NCBI GenBank assembly: GCA_009914755.4 | Contig: CP068257.2 | Coordinates: 7,616,001 to 7,680,000 of the forward strand | Length of the DNA: 64,000 bases | Direction of reading: 5' to 3' | From: the human T2T-CHM13v2.0 reference genome, Homo sapiens | Program-made: the position numbers and the translations under genes | Shown here: positions 10,786-18,600 of the stretch, one piece after another | Position numbering within the stretch: position 1 is the stretch's first letter | Layout of the letters: the number at the start of each line of letters is the position of its first letter | Notes under the pieces: generated by a model | Database searches by the model: none | What the model saw: the letters and a program-made list of their open reading frames with translations, nothing else | What the model was told of the DNA's origin: nothing

Positions 10786-13527
10786 TCACCGGTAGTGTGT
10801 CCCGCAGGGACGCCGACCTGCTGGAGCGTCGTGCCAGCATGGGCTCTGGCAGCCACGTGGGCCAGCAGGAGGGTCCTGCTGCACAGCTGTGGGGTGAGGA
10901 TAGACTGGGTGGTGATATCGGCCATTACAGGGGCCTCTTCTGCTGGCAAAAGTGTGACAGTAGCAAGTAGATGGACAGGCCTGCGTGTGAGGACGGAATG
11001 CAGGAGGGGCTCTTGTGCGGCTGGTTGTGGGGCCCTCACCGGAAATGTGGAGAAATGGCCATGTAACTGCGTCATGTGGGCTAGTAGATTGGCCAGGGCT
11101 TCGAACTGAAGGACAATAACGGGGAGTAGCTGTCAGGCCCTGGGAGTGTCTGAGTGTAAGTGGAGATGGGTTTGGGGTCACTGAGGGATGCGTGGGAGCC
11201 ATCCCTGTATAGGTACAGGTCATAGGGAGATAGTCTCGTGAGGCCTGTGAGTGTCTAGGGTTGTCCTGGGTGCCTGGGGCTGACTGTGGCAGAAATCCGG
11301 GGAAGGCTGGAGAGAAGCTGGGAGACCCAGGAGAGTCCCTGAAGGCAGGGGGTGAAGAGGTGAAAGAAATGGGGGAGGGTTGCAGTAAGGTCCGTGAGTT
11401 TGTAGGTGATTCCTGGGTGCGGGAAGCTGACTCCAGGTGAAATCTGGAGATGGTTGGAGAGTAGCTGAGAGAGACAGAAGAGTCCCTGAGGGCTGGGGGT
11501 GAGAACATGAGGGAGACTGGGGAGTAAGTCAGTGAAATTCGTGAGTTCGGTGGTGTATCGTGGGTGCCTGGAACTGACTCCAGCTGGAATCTAGAGAAGT
11601 TTTGACAGTAGCTGAAAGAGACACAAGAGTCCCTGTGGGCTGAGGGCAAAGACCTGAGAGAGACCAGGGAGGACCTCAGTGAAGTCTGTGAGTCTGTAGG
11701 TGATTCCGGAGTGTGGGAGGCTGACTCCCGCTGAAATCTGGGCGTGGTGGGAGAGGAGCTGGGACAGACAGGAGAGTCCCAGGGGGCTGGGGGTGAAGAC
11801 ATGAGAGAGACTGGGGAGTAACTCAGTGAAACTGCTGAGTTTGTAGGTGATACCTGGGTGCCTGGAACTGACTCCCGCTGAAATCTGGGCATGGTAGGAG
11901 AGTAGCTGGGACACACAGGAGAGTCCCTGAGGGCTGGGGGTGAAGACATGAGAGAGACCGCGGAGTAACTCAGTGAAACTGGTGAGTTTGGTGGTGACTC
12001 CGGGGTGCCTGGAACTGACTGCAGCTGAAATGTGGGCGTGGTTGGAGAGTAGCTGGGACCCCCAGGAGAGTCCCTGAGGGCTGGTGAAGACATGAGAGAG
12101 ACTGGAGAGTAATTGAGTGAAATTGGTGAGTTTGGTGGTGATTCCTGGGTGCCTGGAACGGACTCCCGCTGAAGTGTGGGCGTGGTTGGAGAGTAGCTGG
12201 GACACACAGGAGAGTCCCTGAGGGTTGGAGATAAAGACGTGCTAGAGACTGAGGAGTAACTGAGTGAAATTGGTGAGTTTGGTGGTGATTCCGGGGTGCC
12301 TGGAACTGACTCCAGCTGAAATGTGGGCGTGGTTGGAGAGTAGCTGGGACAGACGGGAGGGTCCCTGAGGGATGGTGAAGACATGAGAGAGACTGGGGAG
12401 TAACGCAGTGAAATTGGTGAGTTTGGTGGTGATTTCTGGGTGCCTGCAACGGACTCCCGCTGAAGTGTGGGCGTGTTTGGAGAGTAGCTGGGACAGACAG
12501 GCGACTCCCTGAGGGTTGGAGATAAAGACGTACTAGAGACTGGGGAGTAATTCAGTGAAAGTGGTGGGCTTGGTGGTGATCCCTGGGTTCCTGGAACTGA
12601 CCCGCGCTGAAATGTGGGCGTGGTTGGAGAGTAGCTGGGACAGACTGGAGGGTCCGTAAGGGCTGGGGGTGAAGACGTGAGAGAGACTGGCGAGGATCTC
12701 ACTGAGGTCTGTGAGTTTGTAGGTGTTTCTGGGGTGTGGGGTAGAGACTCCTGCTGAAATCTGGGCGTAGTTGGAGAATAGCTGGGACAGACAGGAGACT
12801 CATGGGTGGCTGGGGGTGAGCTGCTGGATGATGGCAGTAAGAACATATGGTATATTATTGATGAATGAGGTGACTGTGAAGAATCTCCAGAGGAGGACAC
12901 GGGAGAACACAATGACATGAGTGACTGTCCTGCTTGGTTAGGAAAGGGAAACGTAAAGCTGTGGAATTCTGTTGATGATGGATGTGAGAGTGGTGAAGCC
13001 CTGCGGGGTGATGTAGAGTACTTCCACATCTCTGGTGAGGAGCTGCCCCTTGGGTCTGAGTTTCTGGGAGGGGAGAGGGAGAAGCTGGGTGAGGCAGGCA
13101 TGAATCTTGAGGAGTCAGGGCTGGGGGACCGCTCATATTCTCCCGAGACCTGTGAGTCTCTGGGGGACTCCTGGGTGCATGGGACTGACTCCCGCAGGAA
13201 CCTGGGGATGGCTGGAGAGTAACTGGGAGCCACAAGAGAGTCCCTGAGGCCTGGGGGTGAAGAGATGAAAGACACAGGGGTGGAGCACCGTGAGGCTCGT
13301 GAGTTTGTAAGTGATTCCTGGGTGTGGGGGACTGACTCCAGCTGAAATCTGGGGTTGTTTGGAGAGTAGCTGGGAGACACAGGAGACCCCCCGAGAGCTG
13401 GGGGTGAGCTGCTGGGTGATGGCAGTAAGAGCATGTGGTATATTATTGATGAACGTGGGGGATCTGAGGAATCCTCAGAGGAGGACACGGGAGAGCCCAA
13501 TATCTTCATTGATTGCCCATCAATCAA
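10786..13527 (-). CDS. Candidate 913-aa Ser/Pro/Thr-rich repeat protein (~16 diverged 49-aa repeats plus a unique C-terminal tail), or a non-coding 147-bp tandem repeat that happens to be open
   Basis: Single uninterrupted ORF of 2742 nt. Anchor motifs recur every 147 bp (11393, 11540, 11690, 11835, 11982...). Repeat consensus is like PVCPSYSPTTPTFQ(R/L)ESVPGT(Q/P)ESPPNSPISL(S/N)YSPVSLMSSPALRDS. The frame is kept through strongly diverged flanking repeats and a non-repetitive tail (10786-11100). No homology search was possible. Confidence 0.35.
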   Translation of the reverse strand: MIDGQSMKILGSPVSSSEDSSDPPRSSIIYHMLLLPSPSSSPPALGGSPVSPSYSPNNPRFQLESVPHTQESLTNSRASRCSTPVSFISSPPGLRDSLVAPSYSPAIPRFLRESVPCTQESPRDSQVSGEYERSPSPDSSRFMPASPSFSLSPPRNSDPRGSSSPEMWKYSTSPRRASPLSHPSSTEFHSFTFPFPNQAGQSLMSLCSPVSSSGDSSQSPHSSIIYHMFLLPSSSSSPPATHESPVCPSYSPTTPRFQQESLPHTPETPTNSQTSVRSSPVSLTSSPPALTDPPVCPSYSPTTPTFQRGSVPGTQGSPPSPPLSLNYSPVSSTSLSPTLRESPVCPSYSPNTPTLQRESVAGTQKSPPNSPISLRYSPVSLMSSPSLRDPPVCPSYSPTTPTFQLESVPGTPESPPNSPISLSYSSVSSTSLSPTLRDSPVCPSYSPTTPTLQRESVPGTQESPPNSPISLNYSPVSLMSSPALRDSPGGPSYSPTTPTFQLQSVPGTPESPPNSPVSLSYSAVSLMSSPPALRDSPVCPSYSPTMPRFQRESVPGTQVSPTNSAVSLSYSPVSLMSSPPAPWDSPVCPSSSPTTPRFQRESASHTPESPTDSQTSLRSSLVSLRSLPSAHRDSCVSFSYCQNFSRFQLESVPGTHDTPPNSRISLTYSPVSLMFSPPALRDSSVSLSYSPTISRFHLESASRTQESPTNSRTLLQPSPISFTSSPPAFRDSPGSPSFSPAFPGFLPQSAPGTQDNPRHSQASRDYLPMTCTYTGMAPTHPSVTPNPSPLTLRHSQGLTATPRYCPSVRSPGQSTSPHDAVTWPFLHISGEGPTTSRTRAPPAFRPHTQACPSTCYCHTFASRRGPCNGRYHHPVYPHPTAVQQDPPAGPRGCQSPCWHDAPAGRRPCGTHYR
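11100..13500. repeat. 147-bp tandem repeat array (~16 units), more homogeneous centrally and diverged at the edges
   Basis: The pattern ctgggtgcctggaactgactcc(c/a)gctgaaat(c/g)tgggcgtggttggagagtagctgggaca.acaggagagtccctgagggctggg.gtgaagacatgagagagactggggagtaa.tcagtgaaa.t.gtgagttt.g recurs with a 147-bp period. Confidence 0.9.
12945..13527. repeat. Left arm of an inverted duplication (partner at 15920-16460, ~93% identity)
   Basis: The six-frame track shows the same peptides on opposite strands. 13311-13538(+) MIPGCGGLTPAEIWGCLESSWETQETPRELGVSCW... matches 15851-16132(-) MIPGCGGLTPAEIWGCLESSWETKETPQELGVSCW.... 12917-13222(+) ...GDVEYFHISGEELPLGSEFLGGEREKLGEAGMNLEESGLGDRSYSPETCESLGDSWVHG... 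matches 16221-16484(-). Confidence 0.9.
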
Positions 13528-13789
13528 TACTTCTTTAACCTGACGGAAGAACTGATCTAAAGGCTTTAGTACAGTGCATGATTATGTGAGATGTTTTGAG
13601 ACAGAGTAGTACATTTGTGAATGAAATTTTATGGCTTATTTTCGCTTAGTAGGAACCATTGTGTGTGGAAAAGTGAGGAAATTGCTTTCTGCTGTAGAGT
13701 CTGGCATTCATTGTAGATTTAAGCTTATTTTCCTGTGAGCAAATCTTATTCAATAAAATACTACTCTTTATACTGAAAAACAAAAACAC

Positions 13790-14070
13790 TGGTGATGTGA
13801 GGTCATTATCCTCAGCAAACTAATCCAGGGAAAGAAAACCAAACACCACATTCTCACTTATAATGGGAGCTGAAAAATGAGATCACATGGACACAGGAAG
13901 GGGAACAACACACACTGGGGCCTTTCGGGAGGCAGAGCGTTAAGAAAAACAGCTACTGCATGCTGGGCTTAATACCTAGGTGATGGGTTGACAGGTGCAG
14001 CAAACCACCATGGCGCACGTTTACCTTAGTAACAAATCTGCACATCCTGCACATATACCCCGAACTTAGA
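13790..14070 (+). mobile_element. L1 3'-end fragment
   Basis: ggaacaacacacactggggcctttcgggaggc...cagctactgcatgctgggcttaatacctaggtgatgggttgacaggtgcagcaaaccaccatggcgcacgtttacc... is the characteristic L1 3' UTR terminal sequence. Confidence 0.85.
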
Positions 14071-15299
14071 AACGAAACGAAATAAAAGAAAACGAAAAAG
14101 CAGTAACAAAACGCTAAAGGCAAAATAAAGTTTCAAACTCAGAAAGTGACAGACCAATGTTTGGTTCAAATCATGGGTTCTCAACCCAGGTGCCATAAGG
14201 TCAGAATAAAAAATTTGATTATGTATTGTAAATAAGACATGCAGCAAATGACCAGAGAGATTATTCTCAACATATGTGTGTCTTCTAATTCAATGGTGAC
14301 GCTATCTACAGGGACATACCATTAGATTCCAAAGGGCCGAGTCCCGCCAGACAGGCCTCCCACACTAATAACAATGGGAAGCCCCACGTTGTTTTACCTG
14401 TGCTTCTCAGCAACTGGCTATAAATCAGGTTGCCACCACTCCCAGATTTAGTTGCATTCATTTGCTGGAAGAGCTCACAGCACGCAGGTAAACACTTACA
14501 TTTGCCGTTGTATTTTAGCGGACATTGCAAAAAGTTCAGAAATAAATGTGGGGCCCGGCATGTGGGGAGGGGCGCACTACCTTCCAGGAAGTGTTATCCA
14601 GAAGCCCTCTGAACCCAGTCCTTTTGGGTTTTTATGGAGATCTCCTTCTATAGTCATGATGGGTTAAACCATAGGCTATTGGTGATCAGCTCCACCCGAG
14701 GCTCTCAACCCTCCCTGGAAATTGGGGTTGAGGCTTTGCCATTCTCAGTCTGACTCAAAGAATTTACCCAAACGGAATTTTAAAACAGATGAGCATAACT
14801 GGAATCTTAATTACATGATTGGATTATCTGGAGCCACACCTTGATATTCCTAACCCGAGCACCCTCATCCAACGAATGCTCCACCCAACTGGCTCCCAAG
14901 TCTCTACGTGGTTCCAGAGCAAAAGAATGTTTATACAACGCATATCTCCACCTTTTCTTCAAAGTCTTTTCGTTTACACGGAAAGACTTCTTAAACTGCC
15001 ATGCATCAGAGTCAGGGGGAGGTCTTGTTACAACACAGATCTGTGCATCTCCGGGGTTTGATTGTGGCAAGGATGCTGCTGGTGTCAAAACCACAACGTG
15101 GGAACCACAGAACCACTAGTTGGTTTTCAGTGTTTCAGTGCATACAATTCCTAATATATCTGGCCAAGAAAACTTGTAAGTTCTTAGATTGTCCCAAAGG
15201 TGGCGCATGAAATCAAAGCAGGAGAACAGTTTCCTACCAGGTGTAGCCTGGGAAAGTTGGGGGTGACTGATGGAAAGGAGGAGTGAAGCTCCGCCCTTT

Positions 15300-15480
15300 C
15301 CGCTGCTAGGCTGCGCCCGAGGCTATTTAAACCCACCCTGGCTGGCCTGTACTCAGATCTTCGCGGAGCGGATCAGCGGCCGGAGCGTTTGGCGGACTCT
15401 GCGTGGACTTGGAGCTCACAGCGTCTTGCGACTTGGAAGCGGATTCAGAGGACAGGACAGAACACGTGGGCAAGTGAATC
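15300..15480 (+). promoter_or_regulatory. Candidate Pol II core promoter (TATA-like box in a short CpG-rich segment) upstream of the right-arm gene copy
   Basis: gctgcgcccgaggctatttaaacccaccctggctggcctgtactcagatcttcgcggagcggatcagcggccggagcgtttggcgg has TATTTAAA at ~15322 and an initiator-like tcagatc ~28 bp downstream. CpGs are dense in otherwise CpG-poor DNA. The first downstream ATG is at 15676, in A-at-minus-3 context. Confidence 0.35.
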
Positions 15481-15622
15481 TCTGTCTGTCTGTCTGTCTC
15501 ATTGGTTGGTTGATTTCCATTTTCTTAAGGGGCACATACCTCACACCGCACACACACAAACACACACCGCACACACAAACACACACACACACACACACGC
15601 GCGCACACACACACTCCTTCCT
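15478..15622. repeat. Microsatellites in the putative 5' leader: (TGTC)n at 15478-15500 and an imperfect (CA)n at 15545-15622
   Basis: tctgtctgtctgtctgtctc; cacaccgcacacacacaaacacacaccgcacacacaaacacacacacacacacacacgcgcgcacacacacac. Confidence 0.9.
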
Positions 15623-15675
15623 TCTTCGAGTTAGAAAATTGGTACGGGCCCCTGGGAGCTGCAGGTTTCCTAATC

Positions 15676-16488
15676 ATGTCTGCACCTAAGAACAGTAGGG
15701 TCTTGTCTGGCTCTTCTTATGAACGGTCCCCCAGCCCGGACTCCCCAAGGTCCATGCGAGCCTCACCCAGCTTCTTCCTCTCCCCTCTCAGAATCTCTTG
15801 CTTAAGGGGAAGCTCCTCACCAGGGATCCGGAGCTACCATTCACCATCCCCTAGGGCTTCACCACACTCACCTCTGTCATCACCAGAATCCCACAAGCTC
15901 CCATTTCCCTGTCCTCACCGTGATGGGCAATCAATGAAGACATTGGGCTCTCCCGTGTCCTCCTCTGAGGATTCCTCAGAGTCCCCACGTTCATCAATAA
16001 TATACCACATGCTCTTACTGCCATCAGCCAGCAGCTCACCCCCAGCTCTTGGGGGGTCTCCTTTGTCTCCCAGCTACTCTCCAAACAACCCCAGATTTCA
16101 GCTGGAGTCAGCCCCCCACACCCAGGAATCACCTACAAACTCATGAGCCTCACGGTGCTCCACCCCTGTGTCTTTCATCTCTTCACCCCCAGGCCTCAGG
16201 GACTCTCCTGTGGCTCCCAGTTACTCTCCAGCCATCCCCAGGTTCCTGTGGGAGTCAGCCCCATGCACCCAGGAGTCCCCCAGAGACTCACAGGTCTCGG
16301 GAGAATATGAGCGGTCCCCCAGCCCTGACTCCTCAAGATTCATGCCTGCCTCACCCAGCTTCTCCCTCTCCCCTCCCAGAAACTCAGACCCAAGGGGCAG
16401 CTCCTCACCAGAGATGTGGAAGTATTCTACATCACCACGCATGGCTTCACCACTCTCCTTACCATTAGAACACTCAGTAATCATATGA
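15676..16488 (+). pseudogene. Inverted partial paralog of the repeat-protein gene (5' region and the first ~2 repeats). Single reading frame with one in-frame TGA; ends where arm homology ends
   Basis: ORF 15676-16146 (MSAPKNSRVLSGSSYERSPSPDSPRSMRASP...HRDGQSMKTLGSPVSSSEDSSESPRSSIIYHMLLLPSASSSPPALGGSPLSPSYSPNNPRFQLESAPHTQESPTNS*) and ORF 16168-16488 are in the same frame, separated by TGA at 16144-16146. The left arm has CGA (Arg) at that position (...ESLTNSRASRCSTPVSFISSPPGLRDS...). Left-arm homology starts at HRDGQSMK versus MIDGQSMK. Confidence 0.45.
15920..16460. repeat. Right arm of the inverted duplication (partner at 12945-13527)
   Basis: See the left-arm entry. The spacer between arms is ~2.39 kb (13528-15919). 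Confidence 0.9.
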
Positions 16489-16984
16489 ATTGTGCAGTTG
16501 TTGTTTTGCTTAACTCTTTTTGTTTGTTTATGCTTGGGGTTTTATTGTTGTTGTTTCACTTTTCTCCCATCTCTTCCTGACTTGGTCAAATCCAAAGGAA
16601 TGTTCCAAATTGTGGGGAGCAAGGCCTCTGAATTGGCTAAAACTCCTATGGCTGCAAAAAAACAAACAAATAAACAACAACAAAAAGCATTCCAGTTAGC
16701 AGAAATTATTTTTTAAACCTTTTTTTTTACGTAACTGGTCTCATCTACATAAAAATGTCATCCTTTTGCTAGCCAAGGCCAAACTGAAGGAGTAGTGGTG
16801 GTGACCCAATGTGAAGATTCTGCCCTGTTCACTACAGAAACCTGAGTTTGGTTCCTAAGTCTAGTTCTTTCTGTTTGATATTTGTGTTACTTTTAAAACG
16901 TCAGCAGTTTGTCCCAGCTATGATGTGGTAGTAAAAGATTCAAAAGGGGTTTCTTTACAGGTTCCATGATTAAAAGCTTAATTT

Positions 16985-18130
16985 AAAGCAAATTTCTTTT
17001 TTTTTAAATTATACTTTAAGTTCTGGGGTACATGTGCAGAACATGCAGGTTTGTTACATAGGTATACACATGCCATGGCGGCTTGCTGCATCCATCAACC
17101 CATGATCTACATTAGTTATTTCTCCTAATGCCATCCCTCTCCTAGCCCCCCACGCTGACAGGCCCTGGTGTGTGATGTTCCCCTTGCTGTGTCCATGTGT
17201 TCCCATTGTTCAACTCCAAGTTATGAGTGAGAACATGTGGTGTTTGGTTTTCTGTTCTTGTGTTAGTTTGCTGAGAATGATGCTTTCCAGCTTCATTCAT
17301 GTCCCAGCGAAGGACGTGGATTCATCCTTTTTATGGCTACATAGTATTCCATGGTGTATATATGCCACATTTTCTTTATCCAGTCTATCATTGGTGGGCA
17401 TTTGGGTTGGTTCCAAGTCTTTGGTTTTGTGAAAAGTGCCGCCATAAACAGACAGGTGCATGTGTCTTTATATTAGAATGATTTATAATTTTGGGGGTAT
17501 TTACCCAGTAATGGGATTGCTGGGTCAAATGATATTTCTAGTTGTAGATCCTTGAGGAATTGTCACACTGTCTTCCACAATGGTTGAACTAATTTATATT
17601 CCCACCAACTGTGTAAAAGCGTTCCTATTTCTCCACATCCTGTCCAGCATCTGTTGTTCCCTGATTTTTTAACGATAGCCATTCTAAGTGCTGTGAGATT
17701 GTATCTCATTGTGGTTTTGATTTCCATTTCTCTAATGACCAGTGATGATGTGCTTTGCTTCACATGTTCGTTGGCTGTATAAATGTCTTCTTTGGTAAGT
17801 GTCTGTTCATATCCTTTGTCCACTTTTTGATGGGGTTGTTTGTTTTTTTTTTCTTGTAAGTTTGTTCTTTGTAGATTCTGCATATTAGCCCTTTGTCAGA
17901 TGGATAGATTGCAACAATTTTCTCCCATTCTCTGGGTTGCCTGTTCACTCTGATAATAGTTTCTTTTGCACTGCAGATACTGTTTAGTTTAGTTAGATCC
18001 CATTTGTCAATTTTGGCTTTTGTTGCCATTGCTTTTTGTGTTCTGGTGATGAAGTCTCTGCCTATGGCTCTGTCCTGAATGGTATTGCCTAACACAAGGA
18101 CATTTATGTGCCTGAGTGCTATACCACCCA
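16985..18130 (-). mobile_element. L1 3' portion (ORF2 C-terminus plus 3' UTR) on the minus strand
   Basis: A poly-T at 16990-17000 is followed by tatactttaagttctggggtacatgtgcagaacatgcaggtttgttacataggtatacacatgccatgg, the reverse complement of the L1 3' end. Minus-strand ORFs 17563-17883 (...[31 protein letters not shown]) and 17760-18131 are ORF2 C-terminal. Confidence 0.85.
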
Positions 18131-18600
18131 CAGTAATTTATAGATTTATTGCTATCCTCATTAAGCTACCATTGACTTTCTTCATAGAATTAGAAAAACT
18201 ACTTTAAATTTCATATGGAACCATAAAAGAGCCCACATAGCCAAGACAATCCTAAGCAAAACAACAAAGCTAGAGGCATCACAGTACCTGACTTCAAATT
18301 ATTCTACAAGACTACAGTAACCAAAACAGCATGGGGCTGGTACCAAATCAGATCTATAGACCAATGGAACAGAACAGAGGCCTCAGAAATGACACCACAC
18401 ATCTAAAAGCATCTGATCTTTGACAAACCTGACAAAAACAAGCAATGGGTAAAGGATACCCTATTTAATAAATGATCTTGGGAAAACTGGCTAGCCTTAT
18501 GCAGAAAACTGAAACTGGGCCACACCCATACACCTTAAACAAAAATTAAGTAATATGGATGAAAGAGTTAAATGCAAGACCTAAAACAATAAAAAATCTA
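18130..18600 (+). mobile_element. Plus-strand L1 ORF2 segment abutting the minus-strand L1, consistent with a 5'-inverted (twin-primed) L1 insertion
   Basis: ccacagtaatttatagatttattgctatcctcattaagctaccattgactttcttcatagaattagaaaaaactactttaaatttcatatggaaccataaaagagcccacatagccaagacaatcctaagcaaaac matches L1 ORF2 ...[33 protein letters not shown]... Confidence 0.75.

Noticed and set aside
11591-12449. Alternative-frame minus-strand ORFs (204 aa and 159 aa) inside the 147-bp array
   Set aside because: They are confined to the most homogeneous central repeats and terminate once copies diverge. Only the 913-aa frame spans the whole array, so these are treated as compositional artefacts. They do show that part of the long ORF's openness is also compositional.
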